Source: Peptoniphilus sp. (lineage in GTDB: Bacteria; Bacillota; Clostridia; Tissierellales; Peptoniphilaceae). Taken from it: 64,000 nt of DNA. Location of the stretch: NCBI GenBank assembly GCA_029983555.1, contig JASBZH010000001.1:21130-85129 (forward strand), read 5' to 3'. Made by a program: the position numbers and the translations under genes. The notes below the pieces were generated by a model, which was not told the DNA's origin, ran no database searches, and worked only from the letters and a program-made list of their open reading frames with translations. Below, one piece after another: positions 1 through 8,387 of the stretch (position 1 is the first letter of the stretch; every line of letters begins with the position of its first letter).

Positions 1-204
1 TAAAAAATCATTCATACCTATGTGAATTAAAAATACATCATAAGATTTGATATTTTTTAACTGATTTAAAAGTTCTCCACTCGTTAAACCATTTACTCCG
101 TAATTATCAATGTCAAATCCCTTTTTTTGTAAATAATAAATAAGTGATTTACCATCAACCATATAACCAGCAAATATTGAATCTCCCAAAGCGCACATTT
201 TCAT
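1..204 (-). CDS. SGNH/GDSL-family hydrolase, N-terminal part (runs off the left edge)
   Basis: Not in the ORF track. Manual translation from ATG at 204: MKMCALGDSIFAGYMVDGKSLIYYLQKKGFDIDNYGVNGLTSGELLNQLKNIKSYDVFLIHIGMNDFL. Shows GDS block I, NxGxxG block II and GxND block III; GGTGA SD upstream. Confidence 0.85.
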   Translation of the reverse strand, partial: MKMCALGDSIFAGYMVDGKSLIYYLQKKGFDIDNYGVNGLTSGELLNQLKNIKSYDVFLIHIGMNDFL

Positions 205-205
205 C

Positions 206-1333
206 TCAATCACCAAATATATTTTTTAATTCTCTGCCACTATTTTTCCTTGAGATTTCAAGTAACCCAAGATTTGTATAATCTAAAAATTTGATGTTTT
301 CATCTTCAAAAAGTTTTTCTTTAAATTTACTTAAAACATTAACTTTGTGGCTCTTTTTCTTCATCTTTAATAAATCAATAATTATTATTCCAGATATATT
401 TCGATTGACAATTTGATTAAAAATCTCATCAATAACCTTTGTATTTACTTCATAAGAAGTATTTTCAAAGTTTTTGCCACTTTTTGAATTGTATTTAAAT
501 GTATCGATGTCAATTACAGTTAAAGCTTCCGTTTTTTCAATTATAATTCTAGGTCCACTATCTAAAACAATATTTTTATCAAAAAAAGTCTTGTATTTAC
601 TAATAATTTCATCTTTGTATTTAATAGAAAAACTATCGTCAGAAATTATATTAAAATCACTATTTTTATAATCTTGATTTGTAATAATATCCATACCTTT
701 AGGATAATTTTCTAAAAAGTCCAAAACCATATCTCTTTTATACAATAGTTTTGGCACTGGAAGCTTATTGTCTTCACTTTTGATTCTTTTTGCTCTATCT
801 ATTGAAGTCTTAAGATAGCTAAAAAATTCTTTATGATCTAATTTCTTGGCTTCAGTCCTAATCAAAATTCCAACATCTTCATTATTTACAATTTTTAAAA
901 CTTCTTCTCTAAATTTATCTTTAAAATCATCTTCAAGTTTTTTAGAAAATTTTACGAAGTTTTCAAATGGAAATACCACAAAGTATCTTCCAGGAATAGA
1001 TACATCAAGAGACAGTTTAACACCTTTATTTTCTGGCTTTTTAATAACTTGAAGAATCTTGATTTCAGATTCTTTTACATCTTCATTCTTTTTAAGTTGT
1101 AAAAAGCCAGTATTTTCGCTTCCAATATCAACAAAGGCAGCATTCAAATCTCTATCTATATTTTTAATTCTTGCTCTATAAATACTGCCAACATCGTCAT
1201 CTGCGATATCTACAATTCTAAGTAGTTTTTTATCTTTTACATATCCCATAAGCATTACATCAAAGTCTATAAATAGATAGTCTTTAAAATCACTTTTTAA
1301 ATATTTTTTGGAACCAAGTCTTTGAATCTGCAT
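206..1333 (-). CDS. rng: Ribonuclease E/G family protein (divergent RNase G/CafA)
   Basis: S1 domain (GSIYRARIKNIDRDLNAAFVDIG), EKTEALTVID, RNISGIIIID and TNLGLLEISRK motifs. Confidence 0.85.
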   Translation of the reverse strand: MQIQRLGSKKYLKSDFKDYLFIDFDVMLMGYVKDKKLLRIVDIADDDVGSIYRARIKNIDRDLNAAFVDIGSENTGFLQLKKNEDVKESEIKILQVIKKPENKGVKLSLDVSIPGRYFVVFPFENFVKFSKKLEDDFKDKFREEVLKIVNNEDVGILIRTEAKKLDHKEFFSYLKTSIDRAKRIKSEDNKLPVPKLLYKRDMVLDFLENYPKGMDIITNQDYKNSDFNIISDDSFSIKYKDEIISKYKTFFDKNIVLDSGPRIIIEKTEALTVIDIDTFKYNSKSGKNFENTSYEVNTKVIDEIFNQIVNRNISGIIIIDLLKMKKKSHKVNVLSKFKEKLFEDENIKFLDYTNLGLLEISRKNSGRELKNIFGD

Positions 1334-2021
1334 TTTTATTTTCCTTATTTGTGCCTTTAAGTTCTAAATAATCATTACCAAGCTCAAAATCTTCTTTATT
1401 AATAAATTTAACTAAATTGTCTAAATCTTTAGATTTAAAATCTTTAAAATTATTGTCATAACCTACTATGTTAATTAATTTTGCAAGTTTTAAATTGTCT
1501 TTAAAATCTTTAAATTCGTCCACATTTAATTTGGAAATTTGATTTAAAAATACACCTATTTTTAATTTTTTATTTGTTTTAAAAGAATCAAAAACTATCT
1601 TTTCAACATTTCTCTTAGATATTGCACTCGAATTTGAAACAATTACTAAATAGTCCAATATTTTTCCAATCTCTTTTAAATATAAAGTATTTCTTGGAAG
1701 ATCAACAATTATATTTTCATAATCTAAAGAGCGAAGTTTCTCTTCTAAACTAGAAATATTAAAATCAGATAGTTCTCTACTTTGACTTGACGCTATAAAA
1801 TCAAAGTCCTCTGTATTTATAATTGATAAATCTTTATCTAAACCTTCTGAAAAATCATATATATCGTAAATGATGTCACTTTTGTCAATTAAAATATCTA
1901 TAGTTCTAAACCCATTATTAAAATCTATAAGTAGTGTATTTTCTAATTCTTTTGATAAATCTAAACTGAGGCTTGTGGAGCCAATCCCGCCTATTGCGGG
2001 CACTATTCCTATTATATTCAT
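1290..2021 (-). CDS. minD: MinD-like P-loop protein with degenerate ATPase motifs
   Basis: LLIDFNNGFRTIDIL...IIYDIYDFSEG aligns with MinD VDxDIGLRNLD...IIYDLVDVVEG; C-terminal amphipathic helix TWFQKIFKK; lies downstream of maf-radC. Confidence 0.8.
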   Translation of the reverse strand: MNIIGIVPAIGGIGSTSLSLDLSKELENTLLIDFNNGFRTIDILIDKSDIIYDIYDFSEGLDKDLSIINTEDFDFIASSQSRELSDFNISSLEEKLRSLDYENIIVDLPRNTLYLKEIGKILDYLVIVSNSSAISKRNVEKIVFDSFKTNKKLKIGVFLNQISKLNVDEFKDFKDNLKLAKLINIVGYDNNFKDFKSKDLDNLVKFINKEDFELGNDYLELKGTNKENKNADSKTWFQKIFKK

Positions 2022-2740
2022 TAAATTAAACCCTTCTCTAAAAAACTGTAGTAAACGTTATCGCCAATTATAATGTGATCTACTATTTCAATTCCCAAAA
2101 TCTCAGAAGATTTTACTAAAGTATCGGTAAGTTTTAAATCCTCCTTAGAAGGCGTTGGATCGCCTGTTGGATGATTATGTAAAAGAATTATACTGTGAGC
2201 ATTATCTTCAATTGCAGCTCTAAAAACTTCTCTTGGATGTACTATAGTCATATTTACTGTTCCTTTTGAGATTTCTCTTATATAATTAATTTCCTTTTTA
2301 GTATTTAGCGTAATAATTTTAAAATGTTCAGACTTTAAAACACTCATCTGACTCATGACATAACTTGCTGCAATAGATGGAGAAGTTATTCTAATCTTAG
2401 TGTCATACTGAGACTGAGAAAGTCTCACTCCAAGCTGCACTGCCGCCATAATCATAGCAGCTTTTGCTTCTCCAATTCCCTCAACTTTCATCAAATCTTT
2501 TAAGCTTGCATTCTTAAGCGCGTTTAGGCCATCTCTATCATGTTCTGATCTCATGCTATTAAAAATATTTCTAGCTATGTCTATGGCATTATCGCCTTTT
2601 TTAGAACCAGTTCTAATTATAAGTGCAATAAGTTCTGAGTTTGATAAAATTTCTGGACCGTACTTAATTAATTTTTCTTGCGGCCTCTCATCTTCAGGCA
2701 TCTCTTTAATAGTATATTTAACTATATTAGTCTCTGACAT
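2021..2740 (-). CDS. radC: RadC family (JAB domain) protein
   Basis: ERPQEKL, LSNSELIALIIRTG, HhH GIGEAKA, VHPREVF, HNHPTGDPTPSKED, DHIIIG. Confidence 0.95.
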   Translation of the reverse strand: MSETNIVKYTIKEMPEDERPQEKLIKYGPEILSNSELIALIIRTGSKKGDNAIDIARNIFNSMRSEHDRDGLNALKNASLKDLMKVEGIGEAKAAMIMAAVQLGVRLSQSQYDTKIRITSPSIAASYVMSQMSVLKSEHFKIITLNTKKEINYIREISKGTVNMTIVHPREVFRAAIEDNAHSIILLHNHPTGDPTPSKEDLKLTDTLVKSSEILGIEIVDHIIIGDNVYYSFLEKGLI

Positions 2741-3322
2741 TTAACACCTCATTAAATCAATATCAAAAAGTATCTTTAAATCATCATTAATTTTAGAAAT
2801 TGGAAGCCCAACAACGTTAAAATAATCCCCATTAAACTTCTCAATCAGTAAAGATCCTTTGCCCTGAATTGCATAGCTTCCAGCTTTGTCTTCATATTCA
2901 CAAGTATCTAAATAATTATCAATATCTCTATCACTTAAACTTTTAAATTTAACTTCCGTCTTGACACAGTTTAAATATTTTATATTTTTATCCAATAAAA
3001 TTAATGAATAGCCACTATACACATTGTGAGTCTTTCCACTCAAGAACTCTAACATTTTTTTAGCGTCATCTCTATCTTTAGGCTTACCTAAAAGTTTTCC
3101 ATCGAGTTCTACAATTGTATCACAAGATATTACAATAGAATTTATATTATCTTTTGCGACACTCATACCTTTTTCGAAAGCGAGAGCCATAACTGTAATA
3201 TCTGCTTTAAAATCATTATCTTTAATTTCTTCTACATTTGATTTAATTATTTTAAAATCGATAAATTGTTCTAAAATTTCTCTTCTTCTAGCTGATCCTG
3301 ATGCCAATATAATTTCTTTCAT
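2741..3322 (-). CDS. maf: Maf nucleoside triphosphate pyrophosphatase
   Basis: IILASGSARRREIL, DTIV, GKP, DKAGSYAIQG, NVVGLP. Confidence 0.95.
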   Translation of the reverse strand: MKEIILASGSARRREILEQFIDFKIIKSNVEEIKDNDFKADITVMALAFEKGMSVAKDNINSIVISCDTIVELDGKLLGKPKDRDDAKKMLEFLSGKTHNVYSGYSLILLDKNIKYLNCVKTEVKFKSLSDRDIDNYLDTCEYEDKAGSYAIQGKGSLLIEKFNGDYFNVVGLPISKINDDLKILFDIDLMRC

Positions 3323-3832
3323 TTAATTCCTCAAATTCCTAACATTGATATTTTTAACTATATAAATTGAACTCAAACCTACAAAAAATCCCGTAAATAT
3401 TCCAAGTATCACCAAAATTGGCAAATACGCAAAAATAGTTGTTGACTGCATAATAAAGCTTGCAACCATAACTTGACCTAAATTATGAAAAAAAGATCCT
3501 ATTTCACTTATGCCTATTAAAGACAAATACTTACTTAAATACTTATGAGAAAGTATCATAAAAATAGAACTTAGTATTGCACCTCCAAGTGAAAAGAAAA
3601 AGCTAGACACAGCTCCAGTTACAAGTGCCAAGATTATAGTTTTAAATATTGCTATAAAAAATCCCTCTTTATATCCAATTGCTACAATTGTAACAAGTAC
3701 TACAATATTTGAAAGTCCAAGACGCGCACCTGGAATTGCCACTGGAAGAGGTATAACACTTTCAAATAATCCCAGCACAATTCCGAGTGCTGATAAGAGT
3801 GCTAAAAAAATTATTTTTTGATTCTTTTTCAT
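3323..3832 (-). CDS. Gx transporter family membrane protein (EetB-like)
   Basis: PLPVAIPGARLGLSN and HNLGQ motifs; multiple TM segments; follows a NusG-II gene. Confidence 0.85.
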   Translation of the reverse strand: MKKNQKIIFLALLSALGIVLGLFESVIPLPVAIPGARLGLSNIVVLVTIVAIGYKEGFFIAIFKTIILALVTGAVSSFFFSLGGAILSSIFMILSHKYLSKYLSLIGISEIGSFFHNLGQVMVASFIMQSTTIFAYLPILVILGIFTGFFVGLSSIYIVKNINVRNLRN

Positions 3833-4218
3833 TTTAAAATCAAATCCAATTCATTAGAATTATTGTCATTATCTGCAACAATTTTTACTAAGACCCTATT
3901 TGGAAGACATATTATATTATCTCCCGCATCTTTTATTTTGCCCATATGAATACAAATTTTGTCGCTGCAATTTGATTCGTACATATAGGCATATCCATCC
4001 TCTATCTTTACAATATTGTGGCCATATTTAGTATCTATAGTAATACTTTTATTTTGATTTGTTAAAGGAAACTCTTTATAAATTTTCCCATCAACTATTA
4101 TCTGAACAGATTTATCATTAGAATTTATAGTCTTTTTTGTAGTTACAAAATAAATAGAAAGGGACAACACCAAAATAATACCTATGACGATAAAGTCACC
4201 AATTTTCATCTTCTTCAT
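3829..4218 (-). CDS. NusG domain II-containing protein (DUF1312, EetA-like)
   Basis: N-terminal TM; SNCSDKICIHMG and IICLPNRV motifs. Confidence 0.88.
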   Translation of the reverse strand: MKKMKIGDFIVIGIILVLSLSIYFVTTKKTINSNDKSVQIIVDGKIYKEFPLTNQNKSITIDTKYGHNIVKIEDGYAYMYESNCSDKICIHMGKIKDAGDNIICLPNRVLVKIVADNDNNSNELDLILK

Positions 4219-4224
4219 AAAAAT

Positions 4225-4233
4225 ATTATAACA
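4225..4233 (-). promoter_or_regulatory. Extended -10 promoter (TGTTATAAT), 6 nt before the ATG of the NusG-II gene
   Basis: Minus strand reads TGTTATAAT-ATTTTT-ATG, with no SD. Confidence 0.6.
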
Positions 4234-4267
4234 TATTTAAAATTTTATTTATGTTAACAATATCTAT

Positions 4268-4294
4268 AAAAAAAGCCGCTTATAAAAGCAGCTT
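4268..4294 (-). terminator. Intrinsic terminator after the ynbB-like gene
   Basis: Minus strand AAGCTGCTT-TTAT-AAGCGGCTT followed by a T-run. Confidence 0.8.
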
Positions 4295-4295
4295 A

Positions 4296-5588
4296 TTATT
4301 TGATATTTATTAAATTTTTCTTGTTTAAATTATTTAAAACATTTGTAAGTGCAAACTTGATGTGGTAAAAAGAGAGTCCTCCTTGAAAATATACATAGTA
4401 AGGTTCTCTCATTGGTCCATCGGCTGAAAGCTCTATAGATGAACCCTCTATAAAATCTCCAGCTGCCATGATTACTTTATCTTCATATCCAGGCATATCC
4501 CAAGGCATTGGTGTAAATACTGAATCGACAGGAGAAGAAAACTGAATAAACTTGCAGAATTCTTCTAAAATTTTCGGATCTTTTAATTCAATTGCAGTTA
4601 CAATATCACTTCTCTTATCTTCTGTACTTGGAATTGTTTTAAATCCCAGTCTTTCAAAACATTTTGAAAAGAGCATTGCCCCTTTTATTGCATCCTCAAC
4701 AATTTTTGGTGCCATAAAAAGTCCTTGCAGAATTTGTCTTGTCATACCAAATGTGAGACCACATTCTTTTCCTATTCCTGGAGCAGTTAAAAAACTTACT
4801 GCCCTATCAATGAGTTCTTTTTTTCCAACTATATAACCGCCAGTGTAGGCTATTCCGCCACCTGGATTTTTAATGAGTGATCCCGCCATAATATCAGCAC
4901 CAAATTCTGTAGGTTCAAAAATTTCTGTAAACTCTCCATAGCAATTATCTACAAAAACTAATAGATCACTCTTTACTTTTTTTATTTCAGAAATTGCGTC
5001 TTTAATTTCTTTTACAGTAAATGCACGTCTATTTGAGTAACCAGTTGATCTTTGCAATATAGCAAGCTTTGTATTTTCTTTTATATTATCTTTAATAGCA
5101 GAAATATTTATTGAATTATCATAAAGTAAAGGTATTTCTGAATACTCTATTCCAGAATTAATTAAAGAGTCAGGGTCATCTCCACGTATTCCTATAACTT
5201 TTTGTAAAGTGTCATAAGGCGTTGCTGTTATAGAAAGAAGATGATCTTTACTTTTAAGAATAGATCTAAGTGCAAGAGAAATAGCATGCGTCCCAGAAAC
5301 TATATTGGCCCTCACAAGAGCATCTTCTGTTTTAAATACATCTTTAAAAATTGCCTCGACTTTATCTCTTCCAACATCTCCATAGCCATATCCTGTTGTC
5401 CAATTAAAGTCAGTGGCTTGAAGTTTTTCATCTTGCATTGCCTTTAATATTTTTATTTGGTTATATTGTTCTATATCCGATAATTCTAAAAATTTATCTT
5501 GAAGTGAATTTTCACATTCATTTACAAATTCCACTACATTTCCATCGATATTATATAAATCGTTAAATAAATCTTTATATTCTTTCAA
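4296..5588 (-). CDS. Methionine gamma-lyase family / aluminium-resistance protein (YnbB-like, PLP-dependent)
   Basis: TTGYGYGDVGRD, VSGTHAI, FVDNCYGEF, AGSLIKNPGGG, GSSIELSADGP. Confidence 0.92.
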   Translation of the reverse strand: MKEYKDLFNDLYNIDGNVVEFVNECENSLQDKFLELSDIEQYNQIKILKAMQDEKLQATDFNWTTGYGYGDVGRDKVEAIFKDVFKTEDALVRANIVSGTHAISLALRSILKSKDHLLSITATPYDTLQKVIGIRGDDPDSLINSGIEYSEIPLLYDNSINISAIKDNIKENTKLAILQRSTGYSNRRAFTVKEIKDAISEIKKVKSDLLVFVDNCYGEFTEIFEPTEFGADIMAGSLIKNPGGGIAYTGGYIVGKKELIDRAVSFLTAPGIGKECGLTFGMTRQILQGLFMAPKIVEDAIKGAMLFSKCFERLGFKTIPSTEDKRSDIVTAIELKDPKILEEFCKFIQFSSPVDSVFTPMPWDMPGYEDKVIMAAGDFIEGSSIELSADGPMREPYYVYFQGGLSFYHIKFALTNVLNNLNKKNLINIK

Positions 5589-6492
5589 GTCTTTCTCCTA
5601 TATAGTCTTTCATTTCCTCTAATACATTTTTATCTTCTGCGTCAAACCACTTAATTCTTTTGTCTCTTCTAAACCAAGTTAGCTGTCTCTTTGCATAGTG
5701 TCGCGAATCTTTTTGTATCTCGTCTATAGTATAATCTAAATTGCAACTTTCATTCAAATAGTCAAAAATTTCTCTATACCCTATTGCTTTCATTGATTGT
5801 GAATCTCTATTTAGGTTGTATTTTTCAATTGCACATTTTGCCTCATCAATAAGGCCCTTATCTACCATATCCAAAACTCTTTTATTAATTCTTTCATACA
5901 GTTTATCTCTATCCATATTTAGACCGAGATATATTAAATTATAATCACTATTTTCTTCTCTAAATTTATTTCCCTTTTCTTCACCATTTTCAATAATCTC
6001 AAGAGCTCTAATTATTCTCTGATGATTATTGGGATGGATTTTTTTAGCTTCTTCTGGGTCTAATGTTTTTAATTTATCGTGAAGAAAATCAGAGTGTTCA
6101 TGTTTAGAAATTTCAATTAATTTATTTCTATAATCATGATTTTTGGTAGTATTTGCAAATTCTAAATTATAAACTATAGAATTTATATAAAGTCCAGTGC
6201 CACCCACTAACATTGGCACTTTGTTTCTGTCATTTATATTAGTTATTAATTTTTTTGCTTTCTCCTGAAATTCTGCAACAGAAAAATCCTCATCAGGATT
6301 TACAATGTCAATCATGTGATGAGGTATATCTGTATTTTCTAAAGAAATTTTTGCAGTTCCTATGTTTAAATCTCTATAAATTTGCATCGAATCAGAAGAA
6401 ATAATTTCACAATTAAATTCTTTTGCCAAATTTAAAGAAATTTCAGTCTTTCCAATCCCTGTTGGTCCCGTCAGAATTATTAAATTCTCCAT
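5575..6492 (-). CDS. miaA: tRNA dimethylallyltransferase
   Basis: GPTGIGKT, DSMQIY, IGTAK, GGTGLY, YAKRQLTWFR. Confidence 0.97.
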   Translation of the reverse strand: MENLIILTGPTGIGKTEISLNLAKEFNCEIISSDSMQIYRDLNIGTAKISLENTDIPHHMIDIVNPDEDFSVAEFQEKAKKLITNINDRNKVPMLVGGTGLYINSIVYNLEFANTTKNHDYRNKLIEISKHEHSDFLHDKLKTLDPEEAKKIHPNNHQRIIRALEIIENGEEKGNKFREENSDYNLIYLGLNMDRDKLYERINKRVLDMVDKGLIDEAKCAIEKYNLNRDSQSMKAIGYREIFDYLNESCNLDYTIDEIQKDSRHYAKRQLTWFRRDKRIKWFDAEDKNVLEEMKDYIGERLERI

Positions 6493-6494
6493 TT

Positions 6495-8387
6495 TTACTC
6501 CCTTAAAAATAATTTAGCAATGTTTTTCTTTGACATATCTATAATTGTTGGCCTACCATGAGGACAAGTATATGGATTTTCACACTGACTCAAATCATGA
6601 ATCAAATTTTCTACTTCTATTTGTGAAAGTTTGTCATTCGCTTTTACTGCTCTCTTACAAGCCTTTTTCATTATCTTATATAGATCAGCCTCATAATTTG
6701 AAGAAATATTTTTATCTAGAGAATCAATTATATCTCGTATAAAATTTACATAGGTTGGAAGTCCAAATATCATTGGAACTTCTCGAAGTACTACTGAACC
6801 ATCTCCAAAATTTTCAATATCAAATCCCAAATCTTTAAAAATTTCTCTGTGTGATTCCAACTTATCAAATTCTATAGGATTTAATTCTATTATTTCAGGC
6901 TTAAGGAGAATTTGCGAAGAAATTTCTTCCTCTAAATAAAGTTTTCTGTATCTTTCATACCAAACTCTCTCATGAGCAGCGTGTTGATCTACTATATAGA
7001 AAATATTCTTATCTTTATCTTCTAAAATTATATAAGTGTCAAAAAGAACCCCAACGATTCTAGAATATAATATCTCTGTATCAATTTTTTTATCAGAAAT
7101 ATCTAAAAAGCTAGTTTCACTAACCTCATTTTCACTTTTATCATTATCTGTACCTATTTTTTCTTCGTGACACTCACTATCTGATAGATCATCATTTGTA
7201 GATCCATCTAAAAATATATTATCTTTAACATCAGGTTTAAATAATAGCTCCGTCTCTTTAACAATATCATCGTCACTATAATCTTTAAATTCTATTTCGT
7301 GATTTTCATCAATTTCATAAGTTGAACTATCTTCATCATCAAAAATATCAAACACATTTAGGGGCTCTTTCTTATCTTCGACTTCGATTTCTCTAATGCT
7401 CCTATTCGGATAAATAGCATCATCCACAATTTCAGTAATAAGTGCTAAAAGTGTGCGTAAATCATTAAATTTTATTTCATTCTTTTTAGGATGAATATTC
7501 ACATCAATTAAGTTTGGAGGAATTTCCAAAAACAATACAAAACATGGATATCTGTTTAGAGGTATTAAAGATCTGTATTTTGACTCTATCGCTTTTGATA
7601 TATCCAAATTTTTTATATAACGGCCATTTACAAAAATATATTGATTGTCTCTAGTCGATCTAAATAATTTATTGTTAGAAAAATAACCATGAATTTTATA
7701 GTCTTGAGATTCAAAAGATCCTTCAACTAAATTAGCAGCAATTTCTTTTCCAAGTACATTAAAAACTCTATTCGTATAATTATCAGTAGCTGCGGCACTC
7801 AAAATATTTTTACCATCTTTAATTAAGTCAAAAGAAATATTTTTATTTGAAAGTGCAATTTTATTTACTGTATCAATTATATTATTTATTTCACTCGAGT
7901 CTTTTTTTAAAAACTTCTTTCTAACGGGTGTGTTGTAAAATACATCTTCAACAATAAAAGTAGTACCCTGTGGCATTCCAATTTTGTTTTTCTTAATGAT
8001 TTTTCCGTTTTCAACAACAGCCATTGTTCCAGCAAGCTCATCTTCTGTCTTGGTCATAACTTTCATCTTTGCAATTGTAGAAATACTTGCAAGTGCTTCA
8101 CCTCTAAAACCGAGTGAAACAATTCTATCAAGGTCATCTATAGTTCTAAGCTTTGATGTGGAGTGTCTTAAAAATGCATTTTCAATATCTTCTTCCATAA
8201 TTCCAGAACCATTATCAGAAATTTTTAAATAATTTGTGCTCTCTTTTTTTATTTCCACAGTTATTTTGTCAGCACCAGCATCGATGGAATTTTCGACAAG
8301 TTCTTTAACAATTGAAGCTGGATTTTCTATAATCTCTCCCGCTGCAATTCTTGATATTGTAATGTCATCTAATAATTCTATCTTCAT
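6495..8387 (-). CDS. mutL: DNA mismatch repair endonuclease MutL
   Basis: IAAGEII, KELVENSIDAGA, GFRGEALASI, DQHAAHER, CPHGRP. Confidence 0.98.
   Translation of the reverse strand: MKIELLDDITISRIAAGEIIENPASIVKELVENSIDAGADKITVEIKKESTNYLKISDNGSGIMEEDIENAFLRHSTSKLRTIDDLDRIVSLGFRGEALASISTIAKMKVMTKTEDELAGTMAVVENGKIIKKNKIGMPQGTTFIVEDVFYNTPVRKKFLKKDSSEINNIIDTVNKIALSNKNISFDLIKDGKNILSAAATDNYTNRVFNVLGKEIAANLVEGSFESQDYKIHGYFSNNKLFRSTRDNQYIFVNGRYIKNLDISKAIESKYRSLIPLNRYPCFVLFLEIPPNLIDVNIHPKKNEIKFNDLRTLLALITEIVDDAIYPNRSIREIEVEDKKEPLNVFDIFDDEDSSTYEIDENHEIEFKDYSDDDIVKETELLFKPDVKDNIFLDGSTNDDLSDSECHEEKIGTDNDKSENEVSETSFLDISDKKIDTEILYSRIVGVLFDTYIILEDKDKNIFYIVDQHAAHERVWYERYRKLYLEEEISSQILLKPEIIELNPIEFDKLESHREIFKDLGFDIENFGDGSVVLREVPMIFGLPTYVNFIRDIIDSLDKNISSNYEADLYKIMKKACKRAVKANDKLSQIEVENLIHDLSQCENPYTCPHGRPTIIDMSKKNIAKLFLRE

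Noticed and set aside
2021..2740. radC as a marker of a mobile element or anti-restriction island
   Set aside because: It is the full-length chromosomal type (HhH + JAB) in the usual maf-radC context, with no integrase or transfer genes.
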